From the human T2T-CHM13v2.0 reference genome, Homo sapiens: a DNA stretch of 64,000 nucleotides. The position numbers and the translations under genes were made by a program. A model generated the notes under the pieces. It worked only from the letters and a program-made list of their open reading frames with translations, had not been told where the DNA came from and made no database searches. The stretch lies in the NCBI RefSeq assembly GCF_009914755.1, contig NC_060931.1; one strand, written 5' to 3'. Positions 52,748 to 64,000 of the stretch are shown in pieces; position 1 is the first letter of the stretch, and every line of letters starts with the position of its first letter.

Positions 52748-53951
52748 AAATCTCAATCCCTTACAATGGCATTAAAGCCCTTCCCAGAATGGCCCCAACC
52801 AATGTTTCCAGCCCCATATCCTGCCTTCCTGCATGGACCAGAGCTTCAGCCTGATTCTCCTTGGTCAGCACACTCACACCTTCTAATTCTGGGCCTGGGC
52901 TGATGTGGTCTCTCTTGCCTGGGAGGTAGCTATTTGGCCCCAGCCCCCCTAGCCTGCCTGGGCTGGTCCTCACATTCCATTTCTTCCTCATCATGGCCCT
53001 TACCCTGTCCCTTTACAGCACAGTTCTGAGTATTTTAGGGTTGAGTTCTTTCTCTAGATTATAAATTCCCTGAGGAAGATAAAACAATAGTTAACATGTG
53101 TTGAGTATTTACTGAATGACAGTTACATAAGTGTAAACCACATAGATTTCATATGCAAGAGGGTGCTATTATCTAATGAGAAAAATAAGATATAGACAGC
53201 AACTTTACCAAATTCATACAGGCTAGTGACTTAGTCAAAATGGGATTCCAACATGCTTTTGGGTGACACCACTGCCCCATTTTTAACCATTTAAAATGAT
53301 CTTAATGGTCTAAGCACTGGCATCAAGGGAGGCAGGGGGTGACATTAACCAAGCAATCCATCATGGATTTTCCTCTGGCATCAATCTGGCTTCAAGGAGA
53401 CCACCTAAGCCAGCTCTGTCTCTTACTATTCTTCCTTCCCACAACATCAGAAAAAGCATTTCCTGCTGTTAGGGAATTTATGATTATAAATAAAAATAAA
53501 GCCTGTAAGACATTACTAAAAAGTAAAGAAAAAGGCAACTAGATAAAAAAAATAAAGTTGGATAAAGGTATGAATAACAATGCTGATAATAACAAGAGAA
53601 TTCACTAACCATAGTAATATGCTTAGTCCAATAAAGGTTCTGTGAATATAATGAGTTACAAACAGATTCATCTTGGCTATAAAATAAGAAGCTTCTGTGA
53701 TTGTTATTGTTGTTATTATAAATTAAGCTGGGCTTAAAATATCACGCTGTAGACAAGGGTGTGTTTTAATAAACCTGAAAGCACAACCCCAAGCAAGAAT
53801 TCTGCCTCTTGTTTCTCTATCTCAAAGATGTTTCTAGGCACAGGTGAGAGGCCAGCAATCCTCTGACCACTGCAAGCTGGCTTAAGGAGAAGGGAGCTGA
53901 CTAAGACTCCCTGGGCCACTATATGTTTTCCCTCAGAAGATATTTACACGA

Positions 53952-54266
53952 GGCCAGGCATGGTGGCTCACGCCTATAATCCCAGCACTTAGGGAGGCTG
54001 AGGTGGGTAGATCACCTGAGGTCAGGAGTTCGAGACCAACCTGGCCAACATGGCGAAATCCCATCTCTACTAAAACTACAAAAATTAGCCAGGCATGGTG
54101 CTGGGCACCTGTAATCCCAGCTACTCAGGTGGCTGAGGAGGGAGAATCGTTTGAATCCGGGAGGTGGAGGTTGCAGTGAGCCAAGATTGCACCACTGTAC
54201 TCCAGTCTGGGCAACAGAGTGAGACTCTGCCTCAAAAAAAAAAAAAAAGAAAAAAAAAATTAAAAA
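53952..54266 (+). mobile_element. AluSx-like
   Basis: Full dimer. 17-bp TSD AGAAGATATTTACAC[G/A]A at 53935-53951 and 54267-54283. Confidence 0.95.
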
Positions 54267-54504
54267 AGAAGATATTTACACAAGGGATGGGGGATACTGG
54301 CATCTGGCAGAAGTCCCTTTCCAAGATCAAACCCTAGGAAAAAGTAAGAAGTGTCTAAAGTTCTAGTACTGAAGATCAATTCAACAGTTAAGATTTTTTT
54401 TTTTTAAGGTTAGGAAAACCCACTACAAAAGGAAGAAGGAAGCTACTTTGAAATAATACAAATTAGACTGGGTGAGATCCTTCCATGGAAAATCTTCTTT
54501 TAAC

Positions 54505-54737
54505 AATTTTAAATTGCAGTAAAATATTCCTAACATAAAATTGACCATCTTAATCATTTTTAAATGTGTGGCCGAGCAGTGTTAAGAACATTCACATTGT
54601 TGTGCAACCATCACCACCATCCATTCATCCATGGAACTCATTTCATCTTGCAAAACTGAAACTCTACACTCATTAAATAACTGCTCCCCTTTCCCCTCCC
54701 ACAAGGTCCTGGCAATCACCATTCTAGTTTCTGTCTG
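54505..54737 (-). mobile_element. L1MB-type LINE-1 3' UTR fragment
   Basis: cattcacattgttgtgcaaccatcaccaccatcc...tcatcttgcaaaactgaaactct...ctggcaatcaccattctagtttctgtct. Confidence 0.85.
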
Positions 54738-54923
54738 GAAAGTCTTTTTCCAATGGAGCATTTCATAATCAGTGTTGCACTGTTCTTTCAGGAGGCCTTC
54801 TGAAATTTGTGTCCTTTGAAAAGAGAAGAACCATCCTTCCAGAGCCCCCTGGCTTAAAGTCACAAGTGGGAAACTGAGGCTCAGAAGAGAGTAAGATTTG
54901 GCTTCCCTTAGAACACTCAATGT

Positions 54924-55221
<298 letters not shown>

Positions 55222-55250
55222 TAAGTGCACAAGCAGGTACTACCTCTCTG

Positions 55251-55289
55251 AGAGCAAACACTTAGTTTAGAGCAAACACTTAGTTTAGA
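55251..55289. repeat. 18-bp perfect tandem duplication AGAGCAAACACTTAGTTT x2
   Basis: Copies at 55251-55268 and 55269-55286. Confidence 0.95.
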
Positions 55290-58200
55290 CACATCATTGC
55301 CACCCCACACTCACCACGCCTGCCCATAATGCCCCTAGTACCCAATGGCCAACTTGAATTACTGTGTCTTATCAGGATGACACCAGTGCAGTTGTTTCCT
55401 GCATGTAGAACAGGTTAAATGCCTTCTGGAAAGCACCAGTCCTTTCATTAATGAGCTCACCTTGACTGTCCACAGCACAGAAGGGGTGCCATGACAGCCC
55501 TATGTCAAGACATGGATTTTTTTTTTCTTTCCCTTAGCCCTTGGGGTGGCAGTCGCCTGCCACTGTGTGCAACCTCAATGTGCCCCACAGATATTATCAT
55601 TTTCTACATGTGCTACGATATGATTAAGGACTATTGAAATTTGGATTTTCTTTTTTCACAAGACAAAAAAACAGAAAAACTTTGAGCTCCCCAGAGGCAA
55701 GGGAGGGACCAGTGCAATGGAGGGCTACCTTAGGGTCTTTACCCCTGCAGAGCAGGTGTGGGGTCTCGTGGAGCAACTGCATGTGCCTTGCCTACTTCCT
55801 GCACCCAGAAATAGTCACTACCAGCCCCTGTCCAATGAGGGCCAGCATCCACATCCCTCCCCTTTCCCTCTGGCAGTCCTCCTTTAAACCTCCTGGAGGT
55901 TTAGCTTCCTCCTTCCTCTTCTCTTCTTTAAGTTGTTCCATTATCTACATGCAGGGTTTGATGCAGATTTCCAATAGCTGTTAATCAAAACATCTTCTAT
56001 TTCTACCTTTGTCCTCGAAGTGTTGTCATGTCACTTCTGTACTACAATTTAATTAAGTGTCAAGCAAGAGATCAGTTGAGAAGGTCTTGCCTCTCAGTGG
56101 AACTAGGGAATAATAACATCTGCAAGGCTTGCAGGCATCCTGTGTCTAAACCCAAAGCAACACATATCATAGCAGGAAGGACCTTTCCCCACCCCAGTAA
56201 GAGGAATGAGGGTTGCTGTGGACTAGCAGTGCCCTTGAGAGCATCTTAGCTCAGTTTTCTCACCAGAAAGTGGTAAATAATACATATTTTCCCCAACAGC
56301 CTAGGTGCCAGCATTGGTAGATGTCGGTGAAATGAATGAATGCATACATACATTTTAGATCATAGATCTTTAGTTCTTTGGGGGATGGATGTAGGTGTGA
56401 AAGTAGGAAATCCATTGATAAGCAGAGTGTTAAATAATAAAATACAGGCAAAAATTCTAGACTCTTAACACATTACGGCTGGTTACTTTGGCAAACATTA
56501 GAACCGCCAAAGCACACACAACTGCACAAAGTTGGTTGGCAAACTTTTCTGTTAAATCGACACTCCAAAGATCGTCATTAATCTCAGTAAGTTATTAACT
56601 CCAAGAAATCATCTGAACAATGGTGAACTATAATAATCTGTACATACCATATGTGCATTAAGCATTAACACTTCATTCTTGCCTATTTCCTAATGTCAAG
56701 AAAGCTCAAATGTACCCAGCACATTGATCTCTCCTGCAGAAAAACATGTTACATCTCATCCACAATTACAACAACTACCTAGCTTGCTATGTTATTGTCA
56801 TCCCAACTACTGGGAAAGGAAATGTTATAATCCATGGTTCTAACACACATGAGGTCAGGTCATTCGGTTGCTCTGGGAACTCTATAGAGTTGTGCTCCCT
56901 AAATCTTCTGGGCTGTGCCAGCCAACACTAGTTGGGAACTCCCCTCCAATAACCAGACTACATTATGCTCCTGGCAGGGCCCCAGGGGCTCCAGTGTCTC
57001 ACCCCAAGAGTAACTCTTCTGGCACTGGCAGAACAGTCCCAGCCTCACGAAAGAGCCCAGCTGGACCATAAATTGTACAGACAAAGATAAAGACACACAT
57101 TTTCTCTTGGCTCAAAGGACCGCAGCATGGCACATTACCCACCCCTCTCCCAGGCCAGCACAGCCGTTCACATGACTCCCCCTTCTCCTCTACTGTTTCT
57201 CCTCTCCCACTCTATCCTGTTCTCCTCTTTCCCCATCTGCTGCGTGAGCTACAAGGCTCCTATCAGCCCTGGTCACCAGAGCAGCATATCATCCCAGAGC
57301 TGGTACAGCAGGCTGTTTGTTGGGATGAACTTCAAATGACCTTCTCTCTGGGTCTTTCTCAGCACTGACTTAACCTTGTTCCCGCAGACAGCTGTGGGCT
57401 AAAGACAAGTATACCCTGGTCCAGATACCACTGCTTGCTATCTGTGTGACTTTGGGCACTTGTTTGATGTCTCCGAGCCTCATAAAATAATGCTAACTTC
57501 ATGGGATGGTTGCAAGGACTAAATGAGATATGTCATAGCTTTAATGAAACTTAGCATGCCTTACGAGTACAAAGGCTCTTCACATCTTTGGTCCACTATC
57601 AGGAAGGCAGTTAGATGTTTTAACTCAGTGTTTTAACAAAACAAAATAAAAACAAAGTTCAAAAATATTAAGTGACCTACTCAAGTCAGTAATGGAGGAA
57701 GCAAAAATAAAACCCAGGTTTAGCAGGTTCCTTATCCACTGCTAATTACACTCTTCTCTCTATAAAGCAAATGCTATGGCAGAATTTTTGTGCTAGCCCT
57801 GCCTTCCAAACATGCTGGAAAGGCCACAGAGCAGCAGGAAACCTACATTGTTTTCCCTACTAGATTTAAACCTGTTTAATTTGTTGGATTCCACAAAAGA
57901 ACACACCATCCTTCATTTATACTTTATACTTCAGTTTTCCCCATCTGCCCACTGTAGCAGGAGGAGGTCTTCTCCTAGTGAAAATGGTTAGAATTATGTA
58001 AGGTACAATGTAAACTCTTTTGAGATACTTAGAGATGAGTTCTGGAGAATTTACACATACACACACACTTTACTAGACATTTGGATGAGTCCAGGCTCCT
58101 AGAGAAAGTATATTTGCAGAAGTTCAGGTAGATATTATTGATGAGCTGTCTATTCAGAGCCTTGAATGAAAAGGTGAGGTATTTTTGATGTTGATATCAA

Positions 58201-59519
58201 TAGGCAGTGAGATTTGATCAGTAGTGAGAGGATGACATTAAATGAAGGGTCAGAGAAATAAAGAAAACTGCATCCCTTTGCTGAGCTTGGCAAAGATGAT
58301 AAAATATAAATAACATGGATGTTCCTCTGATTCCATTTTTTTTCTTCTTTCTCTGATTGCCACTTGAGATAATTAGCTAATACAATAAGGCAAATAGAAA
58401 AACTGCCTGGATTTTTGCTAGCCCATTTCCCTCTCCCCAGTGGAATAACTTGGATTAAATAGCATCAAAGCACTCTCAGCTGAATCCCTTCCCCCCAAAA
58501 AAGGAGACACAGAGGGCAAAGCCAGACCTTTCTTCCTTTTCTAGCCCAGAAAGGTTGCTGGGAAGAGCTCAAGGGCCCATATGAGGCGGGAAGCAGCAAT
58601 GCGTCTCCATGACAACCACCCAGGCCAAGGCCACTTTCATCACCTGAAAACTAAGCAAGACACGAAAGGAGGGTGCATCTGTAGGAAGTTTGGATTCCCA
58701 CAAGGGCGAGCCTGTTCAAAAGCCGGCATGTGTTGCAGCTGATGTGGGATGGGTAAAAGGGAACAAAAGGATCGGGAACCAACCAAGAAACTGACCAAAT
58801 CAACGCCAGCTCAATGAAGAGGTATTGGAGAATAGTATTGGCTGCCCAAAAAGCCGTCCAAAATCGTTTGGTAGGAAATGGCAGCTGGGTCACAAAAGGA
58901 GAGGCAGTCTGAGGGTCTAGTGTTGAGTAGGTCACAGAGGGGGACAAGCAGTTGTGTGCTCCGAGAAGAGTCTGCAAGCCACCTTGGAGGTCTGGGGAGG
59001 GAAGGCAGGTGCCCATGATCACGGAGATAGTGGTAGAGCCCAGATCTACGCCTATGCTTTCTAACTCAGTCCAGGGCTATCTTTATATCTTCCACTGGCT
59101 TCACTTTCTCCTTCTCCCCTTTTATACAGTGTTTCCTGCAGCAGTTGCTCTTTCGGGCACTTTCATGCTACCAGCGTGTTCATTGTAACCAGATTTTCCC
59201 TGCAGAGAGGCATGGGCACTATGGTTTGAGCACCTTTCCAGGGATGGCTCTCCTGGGACAGCTGTGGGAGAAAGGATGAAAGGAAAGGAGGAAAACATTC
59301 CATTTGCCTCCCAGTTGCTCCTTAGGCTGGTGCTGGAGAAGTGATAAATGGGGCAGGAGGTGTCAGATATCAACCTGGCCTTCCTTCTCCCTACCCGCCC
59401 ATTACTCAATTGGAAAGATTAGGGTAATGAATGAAGCTGAACTGCCTGGGTTAAACCTCTGGCCCTTCTGCTCACTCACTGAATAACCTTGCCCAAATCC
59501 CTTAACTTCTTTGCCTCCT

Positions 59520-59580
59520 AATCTTCTATACAGAGATCATAACAATCTTTTCCAATCTTCTATACAGAGATCATAACAAT
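59520..59580. repeat. 27-bp perfect direct duplication with a 7-bp spacer, inside a MIR
   Basis: AATCTTCTATACAGAGATCATAACAAT at 59520-59546 and 59554-59580, spacer CTTTTCC. Confidence 0.95.
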
Positions 59581-60799
59581 ACCTACCTCCTAGGGTTTGC
59601 CTTAGAAAGAGGAACCCACAGACCTAAGACCTAAGATGTCACTAGCATTTCTCCTGTATGCTTGAGGGAAGTCCAGCCCAAGGACACAACCGACAAATCC
59701 AACAGTTTGTGAGTGAATGCATGAAGGAAGGTTAGTCCGTCCTCACTCCAAACCTGTTCTCTTCAGACCCAGTGTTTCCTAACCTTTCCACATCATGACA
59801 CAGAAAGATCACCGTATTTGTACAACAGGCTGAGGTCAATGGAGAGGTTGTTCCCAGCTGCAAGCACATGGCCCTGAGGCTCTGGCTGCCCCACATCCCT
59901 CCTAGCATCTCCCAGGGCTGTAGGGATCAATATTTAGGTTCCTGGTAATCAATAGGAAGCAAAGTAAGCATAGCCCGAAATTAGGGTGGGGGCAACCCCA
60001 GTCCCTGGGGCCAGGGGACATCTGGACACTAATTGGTTTAGAAGTATTTGGGCTAAACCCTGGAGTGCAGAGAATCACTCTGGTTAGCTCAGGCCAATGG
60101 GAGCCCACCTCAGGTCCTAGGGGTAGAGGCAATTCTTATTATGCTTCCTGTTACTATGCTATGGGAGAAAGGTGGAAAAAATTTTTTTTGAGGAAACTAC
60201 CACCATCCCCACTGCACACTGAATGGACAGAGGCAGAACTCCTAATGGGGGCAGCGTCCCAAGTCTGAGGCGCCCCTCCGTGTTCCCCTTTATACGCCTC
60301 CCCACCATGTGTACTTCTGTTTGCTCCTCTGTAAGACACTGGTAGCCATCCAACGCCGAAAGATGGGTCAAGGACCATAATGGTCTCAGTGAGCAATTGA
60401 AGTAAAGGACCACATGTTTGAGCTTTTCTTGAAAGATTTTTTTTAAATAAATAAAAGGGTTATTGAGCTCTTTTTTCCCCTCCCTTTCTTTTAACAGCAC
60501 CTTTCAACCCAGGAGCTGCCAAAGAAGTTATAAGCCGTGCTATGTATAGAAGCCACGTCACTCCCTACTGAAATAGAGAAGAGCAGCATCTCCCCCACAG
60601 CATTGAGGGAAAGAAGAGGGAGCAACTGGGTCCAGCCAAAACAGGGTGTGGGGGTAGGGGGCTGGTGGGGTCGGAGGAGTGGCTGCAACCCTGCCTGGTG
60701 TGTGCAGGGAGCCAACACAGGGAGGGCTACCAAGGGGGGCCACTGCCAGGAATTGCAGCATTTTTGTGCTGGACAGAGCTGCCTCAGGGCATCTCATTC

Positions 60800-61030
60800 C
60801 CACTCCTAGATGTAATTGATCATATTTGGAAAGGCCCTCAGGGACAGGAAACTTGATAAATTCCCATTCCAATGTTTCACGACCCTGACAGTAAAGGAGC
60901 TCATCCTAATAATGAAGCTACAGGCTGCTTCCCACAGTTTAAATGCATTTCCCCTTCTGATGTCCTTCGTGGAGATCAGGAACAGCTGGTCACTCTCCTC
61001 CCCATGATAACCCCTCTTATATTGAGGATG
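60800..61030 (-). mobile_element. CR1/L3 3'-region fragment
   Basis: cccattccaatgtttcacgaccctgacagtaaaggagctcatcctaata...cagtttaaatgcatttcccctt...gtggagatcaggaacagctggtcac. Confidence 0.65.
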
Positions 61031-61508
61031 GGTATCCTGTTGCTTTTCACCCCTTGCTGCTTCTTATTAATAAAAAAAAATAAAACTCCAATTTCTGTAT
61101 CTTGCCATCAAATGCCCTTTTCCTTTGTCCCAACTCAACCCATCATCACCGTCCTTTTTTTTAAGTATATTTTTTCTTCTGACCTTGTTGCAAAATTGAT
61201 GGCTCAGGAGTAAATATCATTCCCATTGTACCATCCCAAAAATGGAGGCATACACATTAGGACCAGGTGAAGGGAAGGAAATGAATGTGTGCTGCAGCCC
61301 TCCCCTTTGTAAGCTGTTCCCCACATTCTCTGAGTGAATCTTCAAAATCCCAACCTCCTGTTCACAAATCCAGAAGTTAAGATTCAGATAAGTAAGGGGT
61401 TCAAGATGATCTGGTTAATCATCACCACAGCTGAGGTTTAAATTCTGTTCACAAGTTAATTGTTTATTAACTTGCAGACCAGTTCAGATCAAGAATACAT
61501 TAACTCAG

Positions 61509-61820
61509 GGCCAGGTGCGGTGGCTCACACCTGTAATCCCAGCACTTTGGGATGCTGAGGCAGGCAGATCACTTGAGGTCAGGAGTTTGAGACCAGCCTG
61601 GCCAACATGGTGAAACCCTCATCTCTACTAAAAAATACAAAAGTTAGCTGAGCATGGTGGTGCGCACCTGTAGTCCCAGCTACTTGGGAGGCTGAGGCAT
61701 GAGAATTGCTTGAACCAGAGGTGGAGACTGCATTGAGCCAAGATTGTGCCACTGCACTCCAGCCTGGGCAACAGACTGGGAGTCTGTCTCAAAAAATAAA
61801 AATAAAAAATAAAAAAATAA
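61509..61820 (+). mobile_element. AluS
   Basis: Full dimer. TSD AAGAATACATTAACTC at 61491-61506 and 61821-61836. Confidence 0.95.
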
Positions 61821-61836
61821 AAGAATACATTAACTC

Positions 61837-62622
61837 CATTCAGAGAAATGCAAATCATAGCGTCAATGAGCAGGAGATGCCATTTCCCACCCGCTGGGAT
61901 GGCTAGAGTAAAGGATAGAAAATGACAAGTGTTGGTGAGGGTGTGCAGCAATTGGAACCCTCACACATTGCTGGTGGGAATGGAAGTGAGGTGGCTGCTT
62001 TGGAAAACAGCCTGGCACCTTCTCAAGTGGTGAAATAGATTTACTATATGATCCCAAAATTCCACTCCTTGAAATATATGCAAGACAAATGAAAACATAT
62101 ATCCAGACAAAAATGTATACACAAATGTTCATAGCAGCATTATTCAGAATAGCCAAAAAAGGAAACAATGCAAAAGTCCATCAGATAAAGAATGGGTGAA
62201 TAAAATGTGGTATATCCATACAATGGAATATTAGTGGCAAGGAAAAGGAATGAAGTACTGATCCATGCTACAATGTGGCTAAACCTTGAAAGCATTATGC
62301 TGAGTAAGAAAGAAGCCAGACACAAAAGGCTACATATAAGATTCCTTTTATACACAATGTCCAGAATAGACAAATGTACAGAGAAAGATAGATTAGTGGC
62401 TACCTAGGGCTGGGGGCCATGTGGAGCTGGAGAGGGTGATGGCTAAGGGATTTGAGCTGTCTTTTTGCAGCAATAAGAATGTTCTAAAATTGATTGTGGT
62501 GATGGTTGTGCAACTCTGTAATTATAGTAAAAGCTACTGAATTGCAAAAGCCATTGACTTGTACTCTTTAAATAGGTGAATTATACCAAATGTGAATATA
62601 TCTCATTAAAGCTGTTTTTTAA
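61837..62622 (+). mobile_element. L1M (L1MB-type) LINE-1, ORF2 end and 3' UTR
   Basis: gaaatgcaaatca...caagtgttggtgagg...aaatgttcatagcagcattattc...aatgttctaaaattgattgtggtgatggttg...tatctcattaaagctgtt. Confidence 0.9.
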
Positions 62623-64000
62623 GAGTACTTTAAATTCAAAAACTCTGCTTTTTAAATGTTTGAGAATCCTTTGTCCTTATAAAGAATTGATTCAAAGTTC
62701 CATAAAGCGGATTCAGTTTCCAGATTGTGTTGATAAGACTTGCCCATGGCTGGCCACCCCGTCATCTCTAGCAGAGGGTGTGTGAGAATGGCCGTTGGCT
62801 CCAGCTTCCTGGGAGGGGAGACCCAAGGCCCAGGAAGAAAGCGATGAGTCCTTTCTCATCCAAAGGTGCATGCCCAAGATACCTGCTTTGAGGTACTTCC
62901 CATCCACCTTCTCCATTACAATGGAAGGCAACAAAGCCAACAGGAAGCACCTTGTCCATGTGCACCATGAGTCAAGTCACATGTAGGACCCAGCCAAGGA
63001 CCTAGAGTCCCTGCCACATCCCAGAACCACACTTAGGTAGCAGGTACCAGGCCTCTGAGCTGGAAGCAATGTGGGGGAAGATGCGCCCACCTCCTGCTCA
63101 CTCCTGCCTCTCTTGGTCATTCCACAGAGTTCCAGAGAAAGAGATAAAGGAGACAAAGAAAGAAAAGAAGAAAAGAGCATGCAGAGACCAGTTGGAAAAT
63201 AAAAGGGGGCCAATTCCCTCTTATTAAGCCTGTTATTAGGCTGCGAATCAAATTAAACCACAGGGCTTTCCACTTACAGAGTGCTATTTTAAGGCTTATT
63301 AGACTATATTAGGATTGGCATACATTTCCACTGACATAATATCGGCCTTTAATTGGATTTAAGGGCGAGGAGGCTGCATTCAGCTGGAATAGGGTCCCTG
63401 CAAGGAGAAACTTGCTATTCTCCTCACAGCTTCCCCACTTCCCCTGCTGGCTGCCATCCCAGGGGCTGGGCAGACCCTGTAACCCTTTCAGATCCAAAAC
63501 ACAGCTTTTTTCCTCCTCCTCCTCCTCTGATAAGTGCCCAGAGGCCGAAGCAGGCCCCCCTCTCGCCTACGTGTGCCCATCCCTGACTGGCCAGCTTCCG
63601 GTACTCGGTGGCTGTAGGAGGTGCAGAGCTGTGCGTGCCTGCCGAGGCTGGGCAGCAGACTTCAGACTGTGAGTAGAGCCCCAGGGAGGGAGGCCAGCCT
63701 CCCCCTCCTGCTTCCAAGCTGCCGTGGGCGAGATTGGCAGTGGGAGGTGCAGGAGTTTTTCATGGGACAGTGATGAAAAGGGGGACTTGGGGTTGGAAGC
63801 AGAGTTTACCTTGACCTTTGAATCTCCTCCCATCCCCTGCCTGGTCAATCCTTGAAAGACCCTCAGGGGCACGTGGTAGAACCTGAATACAGGAGGGATA
63901 TGGGAAAAAGTTCACACACTATGGGGAAGCGAACACTCTCCGGGCTGGTGGCAGTTTCCAGACACTTGTGACCAACTTCTCAAAGCTGCAGCATCCTCCT

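Noticed and set aside
61837-62622. Functional LINE-1 ORF2
   Set aside because: An old, 5'-truncated, frameshifted L1M fragment.

Overview
This is primate (most likely human) genomic DNA, not microbial, so there are no operons, CRISPR arrays, rRNA or tRNA genes. The window lies inside a plexin-A gene on the minus strand, which I recognise as PLXNA4. It holds one supportable coding exon: 9385-9516, 132 nt, phase 0/0, [44 protein letters not shown], the end of the Sema domain. The remaining ~99.8% is intron. It contains about 12 Alu/FLAM elements, THE1/MLT1/MLT2 LTRs, L1M, L2, MIR and ancient CR1/L3 fragments, hAT/TcMar DNA-transposon MITEs, microsatellites, a 57-bp and an 81-bp tandem repeat, a ~720-bp pentamer repeat and a ~310-bp polypurine tract. 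Nearly all entries in the ORF track are chance or repeat-derived frames. I found no convincing new biological system. The best leads are regulatory or splicing signals: an extended CTCF site (30190-30223), a candidate neural microexon (31883-31889), a (UG)23 tract next to a cryptic donor, a candidate poison exon inside an inverted AluJ pair, a possible antisense promoter/first exon near 63.6 kb, motif-dense enhancer candidates, and some unusual retrotransposon structures. Repeat subfamily names come from recalled consensus sequences, and their boundaries are approximate unless TSDs are quoted.
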